A stretch of 63,598 nt of DNA, filler included, from Octopus bimaculoides (GCF_001194135.2; 6 parts of 6 records of this genome joined end to end with filler, not necessarily neighbours in it), one strand, 5' to 3'; numbered from the whole stretch's first letter, positions 37,159 to 50,210 are shown. A program made the numbers and translations. The notes: generated from the sequence alone by a model not told the origin.

Positions 37159-37709
37159 TGTGTAAGAGAGCAGTGAATGCCATCAAAGTGACACTGGGGT
37201 AAAATATACGAAGCCCAGTATACCCATCCTGACTACCCGTCTGATAAGGGTACACCAGGCACATGCATCACAACTATATTGTGCGCGACATAGTGATTAC
37301 ATATCAAGATAAAGAGCCCATGACCTTGTAGGTGGGACTTAGAATTTTCTTCAGGTCGAGTAGCCCATCCCGCTCAAAAGGTCCTTGAATAAAGGTTGTT
37401 TAAGGATGATGAACAAAACACCCATGCTTCCAAAGCTGAATTATCCAAACCTCACAGAATTTCTCTCAACAAATGGCTATGATGCTCCCCCACTACTTCT
37501 GCTCGTGATCAGAGATGCACATATCGTCAGCCACTAAGTGACATGCTCAACTGCTTAAGGTCAAGCAACTGACAAGGAAATCTGTGATACTGGGCAGAAT
37601 ATTAACTGTAGCCCATCTTTTATACCAAGACAAAACGATGTACATGATGACACTTTCAGTTAGTTAAGCTCAGAAGCCATGAGATCCACTGTCTGGTACT
37701 GCATCAGGG

Positions 37710-37711
<2 letters not shown>
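37159..37711 (-). mobile_element. ~555-bp TAA-associated element, copy 3 (complete)
   Basis: Reverse complement starts TGCCCTGATGCAGTACC and ends CTCTCTTACACA; (ATT)n on both sides. Confidence 0.85.
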
Positions 37712-37766
<55 letters not shown>

Positions 37767-37769
37767 GCG

Positions 37770-38745
37770 GTGAGCCTTAATTTTACGCCATCAGAGTTTA
37801 TCTTCCGGCCTCTCTTCATAGTTTGTACTGCACACTTATCTGCTCCAAACTGCATTCCAGTGTCTTTATTAAATATTTTCACTGTTTGGATTAGAGAATC
37901 CAGGTTTGTCTCATTTTTGTATATACTTGTGATCATCCATATATAGTTGGTGATTTATTCTTATTTTGATTTTGAAAAACTCATAGGCGGCAGGCCCAGA
38001 TTTTCTCAGTATATTCGTCAGAATGATTAGCGCAATGACGAAGATTAACGGAGAGAGCGAGTTTCTTTGAAAATGCTCTTGCATATTTTCACGTTGCCTA
38101 GCAGTTCATTTGCACTTGTCCTTTCTACTGTCCGTTCTACTGCCCGTTCTCTCATTACTTTCTCCAAGCGTCATTAACTCCAAGCGTTCCCAAACATTTT
38201 AAGAGCCAGCTGTGTGGGACACTGTTGTAGGCCTTCCTGTAATCTATCCATCTAATAGCTAGATTCTTCCTCCTTAGTCATACCTCATTTAATGCTGTCT
38301 AAGAGCGGCGAGCTGGTAGAATCGTTAGCACACCGCAAAAAAAAAAAAATGCTTAGCGGCGTTTAATCTATCTTCACGTTCTGAGTTAGTTCAAATGCTG
38401 CCGGGATCGACTTAATCCCTCCCCAAAAATGCTCGCCTTGTGCCAAAATTTGAAATCAATATTCTGCTGTCTATGTATAGCAGACCAATAGTTCCTCTTG
38501 ATTATTTCCAACATCCTTTTGAGTCTTCTGTCAATAGGCTCTCCTCTTCCAGAAAATTATACACCTCATCTACTATGAGGCCAGTAAATAATTTCCAGTT
38601 ATATTAAACAATTAATAAGTCTATAATTGCTATCTTCCCCTCGCCTTTCTTTGTCATTCTGTGTGAGCCCTGTCTTTCCTTTTGTCACCCATGTTGATTT
38701 TCCATTTTCTATGCAGTCAATAAAAAGCAACCAGTTTCCATTCAA
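37770..38745 (-). pseudogene. R4/Dong-type reverse transcriptase remnant interrupted by SINE B (38302-38462)
   Basis: WVTKGKT...NYRLINCL; WIDYRKAYNSVPHSWL; INHQLYMDD; GMQFGADKCAV. Confidence 0.85.
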
Positions 38746-38895
38746 CTATTTCCATCTCTAAGTCCTTTTATTTAGCAAATTTTTCGAACTGTTTAACTTA
38801 GCTGGTACGGTCAAATTTATTAGATAGTAGGCATTTTGTCGATGATCTTTGACAACAAAATAAGATATTTGACATTTACCTGCCTGTCAGTATGG

Positions 38896-38940
<45 letters not shown>

Positions 38941-38971
38941 GTTATTATTATTATTATTATCATCATCATTA

Positions 38972-39385
38972 TTAAATTTTAGCTTGATTTCGGGGCATTT
39001 TAGTTACTAACCGAGTCTCTACCTGAGGCTTAAGGCTTGTAACTGTGTTATAACGTTACGAATTTTCTCAAGGAATGGGCTGTTGAGGTTAGTGCAATCT
39101 TTTGAACATCCTGTATATTTGATTTTCCAGGTATTTTATAAATGAAGATTGAAGTTCCCTTTTTAACCATGCTTAGTGCTCCTACCATGACTGGTAGAGT
39201 AAATGTTTTCGGTTTCCACATTCTGCTGATTTCTATCGTTAGATCCTTTTATTTAGCTAATTTTTCGAATTCTTTAATTAAGCTATTCCGATTTACTGGT
39301 ACTGTCATATCTATTAGACAGCAAGCATTTTGTCAACGATCTTTGATAATAATATGAGGCCTATTGGCATTTATTTGTCTGTCAC
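38972..39385 (-). mobile_element. R4/Dong-type LINE 3' end (tail family 3)
   Basis: SDRQINANRPHIIIKD...LIDMTVP...EISRMW...VGALSMV...STAHSLRK, 3' UTR, then (TAA)n. A similar RLE fragment lies at 38745-38885. Confidence 0.85.
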
Positions 39386-39409
39386 TATGAATTGTTGTTG
39401 TTATTGTTA

Positions 39410-39482
<73 letters not shown>

Positions 39483-39489
39483 CATTATT

Positions 39490-39670
39490 ATTTTATGTCT
39501 GACTTTTGTTTTGCATTTGTACAAGTTGGATCCAAGTCTCACCCAGAGACCTCAAGAGACAACAAGTTAGAAGTTCATGTAGGTGTTATGCCTAGGGTGC
39601 CATATATTTGGATTTGTACAGTTTTGTTCTAGTGAATGTTTAAGAAACCATAAGAAAATTATGTGTTTGC
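39490..39670 (-). mobile_element. Probable RLE-LINE 3' UTR (tail family 4)
   Basis: Minus strand ...gaggtctctgggtgagacttggatccaacttgtacaaatgcaaaacaaaagtcagacataaa-(TAA)n. Confidence 0.55.
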
Positions 39671-39770
39671 NNNNNNNNNNNNNNNNNNNNNNNNNNNNNN
39701 NNNNNNNNNNNNNNTTAATTAATTAANNNNNNNNNNNNNNNNNNNNNNNNNNNNNNNNNNNNNNNNNNNN
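39671..39770. other. Artificial linker N44-TTAATTAATTAA-N44
   Basis: Same 100-bp spacer. Confidence 0.95.
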
Positions 39771-40170
39771 ATATTGGGTCATCCCATAAATATTACAATT
39801 TTTTCAATTGCATGAGCTAAAAGTCAGAGGAGGGTGGGATAAACTACTACCTGCATCAACTTGCTGAAAAAGCAGGTAGTAATTTTAACTTGTACTTATT
39901 CGTAGTGCAAACTTTGAAGAGTACAGTTGGGTCTTAACAGTTATTTTTCAAAGCTATAATGAAAGTGACAAAGGAGCATATTCAGTGTATTTTGCTTTAT
40001 GAGTTCAATAAAAGCAACATTGCAACGGAAAGCGTGAGGAATAGTAATGCAGTATATGGGGATTGGACAATTAACATAAGCCAGTGTCAACGATGGCTCC
40101 AGAAATTCCGAGCCAGAAACTACAACCTGGAAGATGAGCATCATCCTGGAAGATCTGTAGGCACTTGAAA
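39771..40170 (+). mobile_element. Mariner 5' fragment (TIR plus N-terminal HTH)
   Basis: TATTGGGTCATCCCATAA terminus; MKVTKEHIQCILLYEFNK...QCQRWLQKFRARNYNLEDE..PGRS. Confidence 0.85.
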
Positions 40171-40404
40171 TTTCTTTTAAAACAATTTATTACATTTAAA
40201 TTTGTATCTTTCAAACTGAAAAGGGTGACTGACAAAATTAACTGAATTAGCATAGAATAATAGTTTCATATTTTTTTATAATTAAAATCTAAACAGTTAA
40301 TATATCGATTTGAAAGAGATAGTTGAATAACTCTACTTCTGTGCTACCTAGCATATATACATATATATATATGTAGATATAAACATATACATACATATTC
40401 ATAT

Positions 40405-40435
<31 letters not shown>

Positions 40436-40575
40436 CGTACATACAAATTAAAAGGGTAAAGGATTATCAATTTATTAATTAATAAATCAATTAACAATTA
40501 ATAATTTTTACCAAGTCCATCGGTATGAAAGCACCATTATTGGTGGAGGACTTATTTAAAAGCTCATATATATTT

Positions 40576-40764
40576 ATAAATATAATTAAGGGATCAGCAA
40601 ATATTGGCTTCACCATATACCGAAGTTCAGAAATAGTAGCTAAAAAAGCTGAGAATCCCACAGATAGTGATGCTATCTGTGGGATTCTCAGCTTTTTTAG
40701 CTGCTATTTCTGAACTTCGGTATATGGTGAAACAAATATTTGCTGATCCCTTAATTATATTTAT
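40576..40764. mobile_element. Near-perfect 189-bp palindrome (fold-back MITE)
   Basis: 92-bp arms, 3 mismatches counted, 5-nt loop TGATG (40668-40672). Confidence 0.9.
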
Positions 40765-41664
40765 ATATNNNNNNNNNNNNNNNNNNNNNNNNNNNNNNNN
40801 NNNNNNNNNNNNNNNNNNNNNNNNNNNNNNNNNNNNNNNNNNNNNNNNNNNNNNNNNNNNNNNNNNNNNNNNNNNNNNNNNNNNNNNNNNNNNNNNNNNN
40901 NNNNNNNNNNNNNNNNNNNNNNNNNNNNNNNNNNNNNNNNNNNNNNNNNNNNNNNNNNNNNNNNNNNNNNNNNNNNNNNNNNNNNNNNNNNNNNNNNNNN
41001 NNNNNNNNNNNNNNNNNNNNNNNNNNNNNNNNNNNNNNNNNNNNNNNNNNNNNNNNNNNNNNNNNNNNNNNNNNNNNNNNNNNNNNNNNNNNNNNNNNNN
41101 NNNNNNNNNNNNNNNNNNNNNNNNNNNNNNNNNNNNNNNNNNNNNNNNNNNNNNNNNNNNNNNNNNNNNNNNNNNNNNNNNNNNNNNNNNNNNNNNNNNN
41201 NNNNNNNNNNNNNNNNNNNNNNNNNNNNNNNNNNNNNNNNNNNNNNNNNNNNNNNNNNNNNNNNNNNNNNNNNNNNNNNNNNNNNNNNNNNNNNNNNNNN
41301 NNNNNNNNNNNNNNNNNNNNNNNNNNNNNNNNNNNNNNNNNNNNNNNNNNNNNNNNNNNNNNNNNNNNNNNNNNNNNNNNNNNNNNNNNNNNNNNNNNNN
41401 NNNNNNNNNNNNNNNNNNNNNNNNNNNNNNNNNNNNNNNNNNNNNNNNNNNNNNNNNNNNNNNNNNNNNNNNNNNNNNNNNNNNNNNNNNNNNNNNNNNN
41501 NNNNNNNNNNNNNNNNNNNNNNNNNNNNNNNNNNNNNNNNNNNNNNNNNNNNNNNNNNNNNNNNNNNNNNNNNNNNNNNNNNNNNNNNNNNNNNNNNNNN
41601 NNNNNNNNNNNNNNNNNNNNNNNNNNNNNNNNNNNNNNNNNNNNNNNNNNNNNNNNNNNNNNNN

Positions 41665-41698
<34 letters not shown>

Positions 41699-41816
41699 CA
41701 CAAACATATATGTGTGTGTGTGTGTACGTATTTGTATGTGTAATTTTTTTGCAATTAGAAAACAATTAATGAAATGTAATGTGTATGATGCTCTCTTGGT
41801 TTCCACTTATTTTTAT

Positions 41817-41890
41817 ATGTCACCTGCCTTGCTTTGTTTATGTCACCTGCCTTGCTTTGTTTATGTCACCTGCCTTGCTTTGTTTATGTC
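41817..41890 (+). repeat. 23-bp tandem repeat, about 3.2 copies
   Basis: atgtcacctgccttgctttgttt at 41817, 41840 and 41863. Confidence 0.9.
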
Positions 41891-42892
41891 CTTGTAACAT
41901 CACAATTCAGAAAAAAAGAAGCCAACTGAATAAGTACCAGTTAAAAAAACAAAAACATAAATTACCAGGTTTGATGTTTGACTTAACCCTACGACACGGG
42001 TCTCCAGTATGGCCACAATGCAATGACTCATACAAGTAAAAGTATGAAGGGAAAAAAATGCATCTGTTTATTTTATAAATATATATATCTTCATTTTATG
42101 AACATGAAACTTTTCATTTCATGAGCATGTATCTATTTTATGGAGACATATCTGCACTTTGCACTGGTGTGTCTCTTCATTTAACAAAGGTATATATTTT
42201 CCCTTCAAAAACTCCTTAAGCATAGTAGTTGTTGCTTAGCCCCAGTTCAGTTCTAATTGCGTAATCTTATAGCTAAATACATGCCGACCATGAGCATCCA
42301 CATTCTCTGTTTTTTACATATCAAGGACTATCTTATGTAACATATCTAATCTTAAAGACAGTAGGGTGTAATTCAAGGCACATTTTGCTGTTATTTCTTT
42401 CCTATCCATTGTTATGTCCATATAATGACTCTCCATTTGACTCATTTTATATGCGGAATTTATAAGAAATATTCTCCATTTTTTTTTTTTTTTTACTGAT
42501 ATCATTAACATCCTTTCCAAGTTCATAAATTTTATGTAACTATTTCAGTTTGTGATATTTAATCATACATACAGGCTGAGAGAAATAATATGATGCTATA
42601 CACTTCTTCAAATAAACCTACTTCTAAACATAGCTTGTTATTATTTTTTCATTCAGTAATGTAGAATTATTAATGTGAAAAGTGTTAAAATACCATGTTA
42701 GAGAAGCTTTTATGTGAAATATTCTATAACATTCCATATTATCTATAACTAACAAGACTCTTTTTAATTTGTCTCTCTACAGTCTGCAACACATCACCTG
42801 AGATGCAGATTCATTAGCTTTTTCTTTACCAAGACCATAAATATCACACTACTTGTTGTGGAGTTATAAAATATAACATTTGTTCCCACTAC

Positions 42893-42952
<60 letters not shown>

Positions 42953-44007
42953 TTATATATATACACACAATTATATACACATTTTTATTTGAAAAAGTAA
43001 AATGAATAAGTTAGGAGAAAATAAAATATGGTATTGTGATAATCTCCATAAAATGAAAAATAAAATAGTTTCTGTAATTTATTAGAAATATCTGTAATTC
43101 TATTGAGTTACCATAGAAACCTTCTAGCAACCAATTATTGGAATGATATGATCATAATAAAGGAAAAATGGCTGTGTTTCTTACGGTAATTAGGGGAGAA
43201 AGAAATGCTCAATTGGTAACAGTATTATTAAAGAAAGTATTCATTTCTTTTCTTTTTTCTACATTACATAGGACACACATTTGTGTGCCTCCATGTGTGT
43301 GTGTGCATGATTCTGGCTTACTATTTATACAGCAAAGCTGCATGTGGTCTTTATGTCACAGCTTCATTGAATAGTGACATAGCTGAGAGATATTTATGAA
43401 AAATATCATACACGTTTGATTATCAACATGAAAATATGGCAGTAAAATAGGATAATAACTCTGTTCTGAAACTCTTCATTTAGAATTTGACAGTTTTGAG
43501 CTCAAGTGTGAGTAGGAGAAAAGAGAATGATCAATGATTAAAGGAAATTTTTTTAATGATAGCCACAAGTTGTCGGTATGAAATATAAAGTAACCATGAT
43601 GTAATTTAATTAATAAAGCAGCTTATGACAAGCAACTCTTAAAATGAAACTTACATGTCTCAAAAAGAAAGTTCCTGAGGGCCTTTAGTCAAGGCTTCTC
43701 CACAAAAACCTATGTTATAGAAGTAGGTGACAGAAAGGACAAATTTATTGGTACACTGTCTCATATTAAGACAGTTCAAAAGTGGAAGTATTTCTGGTGT
43801 AGGAAATCATACTCTTGGGCTATCATACTCTTGTGTGCCATGACATACACACAATAAAACAGGTGATAGTGTGGTATGAGCAAGGCCAAAGGGGCAGTTA
43901 GTTGGATATAATATTCTTAGGGGTGCAGAAAATAAAATGAATTGGAAATAGTCATTTCTACTAAAAGTACCAAACTGAAAATTTTGGGAAAGAGGCTAGT
44001 TGATTGC

Positions 44008-44826
44008 ACCCTGTCACTGAGTTCTCCACCCTAGATGAGTTTGTTACCAGAAACAACATGGTATCACTTTCACAGTGACCCTATTTGCCAGATTTAGTAC
44101 CTGCAGACTTCCATCTTTTCCCCAAGAGCAAAATGCAGCTCAAAGGTTGCCATCTTAACACCATTCTTTTACTCTTTTACTTGTTTCAGTGACTTGACTG
44201 CGGCCATGCTGGAGTACCGCCTTTATAGTCGAGAAAATCGACCCCAGAGCTTATTCTTTGTAAGCCTAGTACTTATTTTATTGGAATCTTTTGCCGAACC
44301 ACTAAGTATGGGGATGCAAACACACCAACATCAGTTGTCAAGTGTTGCTGGGGGGACAAACAGATACACAAACATATACACACATACATATATATATACA
44401 TATATGACGGGCTTCTTCCAGTTTCTGTCTACCAAATACACTCACAAGGCTTTGGTCAGCCTGAGACTATAGTAGAAGACACTTGCCCAAGGTGCCATGC
44501 AGTGAGACNNNNNNNNNNAGAAGACACTTGCCCAAGGTGCCATGCAGTGAGACTGAACCCGGGACCATTTGGTTGGTAAGCAAGCTACTTACCACACAGC
44601 CACTCCTGCACCTATATTGTTCAGATCTAGAGTGAATCACAGAAGGTCCTTGACTTGCTTGAGGAAATCGACTTCCAGGCTGGATTCCAAAAGTGGCAGG
44701 AATGTTGGAACCAGTATATTACTGTGCAATGTGACTATTTCAAAGGAGATAATGTTAAAACTTGGGTAAATAGGTTATTTTTCATTAAACATAACCAGTC
44801 CAGGAACTTGTTGATACCCCCTCGTA
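44008..44826 (+). mobile_element. Mariner 3' remnant (TACGAGG-type TIR) split by SINE A
   Basis: NNMVSL...PDLVPADFHLFPK at 44040-44165 continues at 44616-44826, ending CCCTCGTA. Homologous to 63104-63570. Confidence 0.8.
44166..44613 (-). mobile_element. SINE family A, full length
   Basis: Head, internal (TA/CA)n and tail. A 37-bp duplication across the 10-N gap at 44509 looks like a contig overlap. Confidence 0.85.
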
Positions 44827-45251
44827 TGTATACATATATAATTTTATATCTTAAGTAACCCATAAAATGATAAGCACAAAGATGATATATCCTTGTGTCT
44901 ATGTCTGTGTGCAAGCATGTGTGTTGGTGCTTCTGTATTAATATGTCCAGTTTTTTCTCAAAAGGAAGATCAATGGGGATTTTGAACTTCAGGCTCTCTC
45001 GCCATCACCAGTCTGTGTGATTAAAACACTAAGCGAGCTGATACTTCAAAGTTACTATCAAACATTGTCTTGTAAAAATTAATTAATTAATTAATAAATA
45101 CATACATGTATGCAGCTAAAATATATTACTGAGTAATCATTCAGCTGAATGTGAAATTGTTTTTTAAATAGCTTCACATAAAAGGCAATATCTTTTTATG
45201 TATGGGTGTATATATATGTGTGTGTGAGTATATATATATATATATATATAT

Positions 45252-45351
45252 NNNNNNNNNNNNNNNNNNNNNNNNNNNNNNNNNNNNNNNNNNNNTTAAT
45301 TAATTAANNNNNNNNNNNNNNNNNNNNNNNNNNNNNNNNNNNNNNNNNNNN
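45252..45351. other. Artificial linker N44-TTAATTAATTAA-N44
   Basis: Same 100-bp spacer. Confidence 0.95.
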
Positions 45352-45700
45352 TGTGTGTGCGTGCGTGTGTGTTTGTATGTATATTGATGGAATCTCCCGT
45401 CCAAGACGAAGTATGAGTGTCCAGCTTTTGTGAACGACCTGCACAAACGATTAGTTTACAGTGGTGAAAATGAGATTGTCTGTACAGATGCACACGTATG
45501 TTAGATGTCAGACTCGAAATGATGCCAGAGCAACGGCAAATGTAAGGCTTTGCTCCAGATCTCAACGCTCTGCCTGGTGCGGGAATCGAATACTTGGCTA
45601 CTTCCGTATATAAAATAATGCCCTCTCTCTCTCACATAAGCACACACACTCACACACACACACAAACATATGTGCGTGTATGCTTATATATATATATATA

Positions 45701-45913
45701 TACTCTTTTAATCTTTTACTTGTTTCAGTCATTGGACTGTGGCCAAGCTGGAGCACCGCCTTTAGTCGAGCAAATCGACCCCGCGACTTATTCTTTGTAA
45801 GACTAGTACTTATTCTATCGGTCTGTTTTGCCGAACCGCTAAGTGACGGGGACATAAACACATCAGCATCGGTTGTCAAGCAATGCTAAGGGGACAAACA
45901 CAGAGACACAAAT
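45701..45913 (-). mobile_element. SINE family A 3' half
   Basis: ctcttttaatcttttacttgtttcagtcattggactgtggcc...gggacaaacacag. Confidence 0.85.
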
Positions 45914-46887
45914 NNNNNNNNNNNNNNNNNNNNNNNNNNNNNNNNNNNNNNNNNNNNNNNNNNNNNNNNNNNNNNNNNNNNNNNNNNNNNNNNNNNNNNN
46001 NNNNNNNNNNNNNNNNNNNNNNNNNNNNNNNNNNNNNNNNNNNNNNNNNNNNNNNNNNNNNNNNNNNNNNNNNNNNNNNNNNNNNNNNNNNNNNNNNNNN
46101 NNNNNNNNNNNNNNNNNNNNNNNNNNNNNNNNNNNNNNNNNNNNNNNNNNNNNNNNNNNNNNNNNNNNNNNNNNNNNNNNNNNNNNNNNNNNNNNNNNNN
46201 NNNNNNNNNNNNNNNNNNNNNNNNNNNNNNNNNNNNNNNNNNNNNNNNNNNNNNNNNNNNNNNNNNNNNNNNNNNNNNNNNNNNNNNNNNNNNNNNNNNN
46301 NNNNNNNNNNNNNNNNNNNNNNNNNNNNNNNNNNNNNNNNNNNNNNNNNNNNNNNNNNNNNNNNNNNNNNNNNNNNNNNNNNNNNNNNNNNNNNNNNNNN
46401 NNNNNNNNNNNNNNNNNNNNNNNNNNNNNNNNNNNNNNNNNNNNNNNNNNNNNNNNNNNNNNNNNNNNNNNNNNNNNNNNNNNNNNNNNNNNNNNNNNNN
46501 NNNNNNNNNNNNNNNNNNNNNNNNNNNNNNNNNNNNNNNNNNNNNNNNNNNNNNNNNNNNNNNNNNNNNNNNNNNNNNNNNNNNNNNNNNNNNNNNNNNN
46601 NNNNNNNNNNNNNNNNNNNNNNNNNNNNNNNNNNNNNNNNNNNNNNNNNNNNNNNNNNNNNNNNNNNNNNNNNNNNNNNNNNNNNNNNNNNNNNNNNNNN
46701 NNNNNNNNNNNNNNNNNNNNNNNNNNNNNNNNNNNNNNNNNNNNNNNNNNNNNNNNNNNNNNNNNNNNNNNNNNNNNNNNNNNNNNNNNNNNNNNNNNNN
46801 NNNNNNNNNNNNNNNNNNNNNNNNNNNNNNNNNNNNNNNNNNNNNNNNNNNNNNNNNNNNNNNNNNNNNNNNNNNNNNNNNNNNNNN

Positions 46888-46933
<46 letters not shown>

Positions 46934-47672
46934 GATAGATACACAGACATATACATATATAATTGTGTGTAATGCTTTATCGCTGTCACAGTCAGCTAAG
47001 TTCGATTAAGTTCACTTCCAGGTTTCTCCAAGATATATGATAATAAGTCTTCAACTTGAATGACATTATATCATCTCCAATGAATTATATTGTCAACTAC
47101 ATAATCTACTTTGCACGATTTATCTTGTAGGAGCTGCAATCTGATTGGTTTATTACAGCGATTGTAGTTATGTCTGTTTTTTGGGGGGTTTTTTTGTTTG
47201 ATATTTCGTATGTAAGTTTGGTATTTCTGTTTTCATAATCTCGTAACTTAACACATTGAAAGAGTTACTTTGTTGTTAGCGATAACATGTCATCTAAGCC
47301 TATGTAATTTTCTTTGCAGGCAATATATTCTCGTAGTCAATTATAGACAAAGACTAATACCTACAGCCCGCCACACACACATATGCATATATATGATATA
47401 TATTTCAATATAAATATATACATTTACTGTATATATATAATTATATATATGTATATATATACACATGCATATATATGTGTGTCTGTATATATATTGCATA
47501 TATATATATACACGTATGTGTGTGTGTGTGTGTGTGTGTGTACTGTATATGTGCGTGTGTGTGCTTGTGTATGTATCTGTGTATATATGTATTCATATAA
47601 AATTGTAGGAACTCTCACACGCAAATGAAATGTGAGAATATTTCTACAAGTATTATACATTGTTCCTTTATG

Positions 47673-47725
<53 letters not shown>

Positions 47726-47825
47726 NNNNNNNNNNNNNNNNNNNNNNNNNNNNNNNNNNNNNNNNNNNNTTAATTAATTAANNNNNNNNNNNNNNNNNNN
47801 NNNNNNNNNNNNNNNNNNNNNNNNN
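47726..47825. other. Artificial linker N44-TTAATTAATTAA-N44
   Basis: Same 100-bp spacer. Confidence 0.95.
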
Positions 47826-48105
47826 TTATTATCTCGGAAGAATTTAACACGCTTTTCATACCTTGCTATGCGGGCAGCTTTAGCACATACCTTTTGCTTG
47901 ATGGTTTCTATGGTGGCATCAATGTCAACTATGGTTTTCATGTTATATTTTTTCTTTAGTTTTTGGGTCTTTGTAGGTTTGATACTCTTGTCAAATTTAA
48001 GGTTTTTCAAACATTCTATGTCAGATCTAAGCAGCTTAATTTGGTGTTGAATGCGTTCTTGCCAAGAAGGCTTTTTGTGGGAGTGTTGTCTTTTTCTAAT
48101 CTTAT
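47826..48105 (-). mobile_element. R4/Dong-type LINE pre-RT fragment
   Basis: PSWQERIQHQIKLLRSD...ETIKQKVCAKAARIARYEKR; begins immediately after (TAA)n. Confidence 0.7.
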
Positions 48106-48106
48106 C

Positions 48107-48155
<49 letters not shown>

Positions 48156-48233
48156 GGTTACTGTAGTTGTTATTTTTGTCGTCGTCGTCGTCGTTGTTGT
48201 TGTTGTTGCTGTTGTTGCTGTTGTTGTTGTTGC

Positions 48234-48267
<34 letters not shown>

Positions 48268-48461
48268 CTTCTTCTTCTTCTTCTTCTTCTTTTTCTTCTT
48301 CTTCTTGCTGTTGTTGCTATTATTATTACTTGAACATCTTTATCTTTAGTTTCACAGCATGTTTTGACCAAGTCCGTTGTTATCAGGATCGACTATTATT
48401 TTAATTGTAGGAGCCAAGGAAATATTAAATCATTTTGTGTATCTATCTATCTATCTCTCTC

Positions 48462-48508
<47 letters not shown>

Positions 48509-48675
48509 CTCTCTCTATCTATCTATCTATCTATCTCTCTATCTATCTATCTATCTATCTATCTCTCTATCTATATAAATATATGCAAGTATGTATGTAT
48601 GTGTGTATGTGCATATAACAGTGGGACCTTTAATCCAATAACTGAGATTCAAAGCATTAATTAATTAAAATTATA

Positions 48676-49440
48676 TCAGGTCATCCCATAAGTTCTGTCT
48701 GATTTTACCTTTTTTTTTTTTAAATTGAATGAAATTTAATAGTATTTTAGAATGTCTAATGGAATTAAAAATTATTGTTATGCATTTGTGTACATTTAAA
48801 CTAATTAAATATTATATTAAGGAATAATAGAATTAAAGTTTCTTTGATTAAAACTCTTTCTAACATAGAAGTATCCAAAGAGCATTTAAGGCATATAATG
48901 CTATTTGAGTAAAAAAAGGAAACTCTGCAGCCGAAGCGAATCGAAACATTTACTCAATTTATGGGAAAGAATGCTTGAATGAAAGAACTTGCCGAAGATT
49001 GTTTGCAAAAATCAGAAGTGGAGATTTCAGCCTTAAAAACAAAGATCGAATAGGACGTCTAGTTAAGTTTGAGATAGGCTCACTGAGGCATTACTTGAAG
49101 GAAATCCTACATCATCAGTTGAAGAAATGGCAATACAGCCTTGTTCAAACCATACAACTCTTCATTGTCATCTTCAACATCTTCGAAAATGGGTGCCACA
49201 TGAATTATCCGAAAGCAACTGCAAATCCCGAGTTGACATTTGGTCTTCTCTCTATTCTCGTGAACTCATTTCACCCTTTTTGGATAGACTTGTGATGAAA
49301 AATGGATCTTCTATCGAAATGATAAACGTCGTAAACAGTGACTTGTTAAAAGAGAAAAAGCTCAACCACAACCGAGAAGGGAACTTCATGGAAAAAAGGT
49401 TCTCCTCTCTTTCTGGTGGGATTGGAAAGGAGTAATTCAC
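48676..49440 (+). mobile_element. Degraded mariner, 5' two-thirds
   Basis: TCAGGTCATCCCATAAG terminus; (M)EVSKEHLRHIMLFE; WVPHELSE; DEKWIFY; KKVLLSFWWDWKG; frameshifted. Confidence 0.85.
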
Positions 49441-49449
49441 TTTGAATTG

Positions 49450-49830
49450 TTACCACTTAATACAGTTTCTGTAAGTTGTTTATATTGAAATGTTAAAGAT
49501 ATTTTTTAATCACCATTATTAACTGGTTGTTATGTTATTGTTGTTACTTCCGTTCAGAACAAGTTTGAACATTTGAATAAACCGTTTTTTTTTTGTCTTT
49601 CTTCCAACCTCACTTGTGCCATGTAGTTGGTGGGTGGAAAGGAAAAATTAGAAACATTTTCTGACCAGATGTCTCTATATGTTCACTCAATGGAATTTGG
49701 TGGACATTTGTTTTACGGATGTGTTCCAAAAATTCAGCTTCAAAGTGGTACAAAACGGAAGAAGTCAGTCATTTTACTACAGTTATCAATGACTCAACTG
49801 TCAGTTAAATAAATTTTGAAATCTGATGAT
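49450..49830 (-). pseudogene. hAT (Buster-like) transposase C-terminal remnant
   Basis: NQLIMVD*KISLTFQYKQLTETVLS resembles EQLI.L..D..LK..F....L.EFW; degraded. Confidence 0.4.
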
Positions 49831-50009
49831 TAGCACGAACGTATGAAAGCACCAATTGAACTTAAGTAAGAACTTAACAAAATATCTTTTTAATGTTTAA
49901 CACACTTCAAAATTGTAAAAAAAAATATGTATTTTTTTTTTAAATACCATAATAAAGTAACGTGTATATCTGACCATGTTTTATCATTATTCAACTGCGT
50001 AGCGTTTTG

Positions 50010-50210
50010 TTAAAAAGTAGTGTGGAGTTGTGTGAATTGTTAGAAACAGTGATTTCTACCCTCCAGACATTGAGAAGCTATTAGAATGTTGGCATGAATT
50101 CGTAAACCGTGAATTCGAATATGTTATTAAATGAAGTTTTTTAAAATTCTTGCTGCAAAGCAAGGATTGAAATAAGAGGAAAATTCAATGAATTCATCTG
50201 GCAACCACAC
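50010..50210 (+). mobile_element. Mariner 3' remnant
   Basis: FY..DIEKLLECWHEFVNREFEYVI resembles FY..GI.KLPERW..VV...GEY. Confidence 0.5.

Noticed and set aside
44472-44555. 37-bp direct repeat inside SINE A
   Set aside because: It flanks a 10-N gap and is best explained as an unmerged contig overlap.
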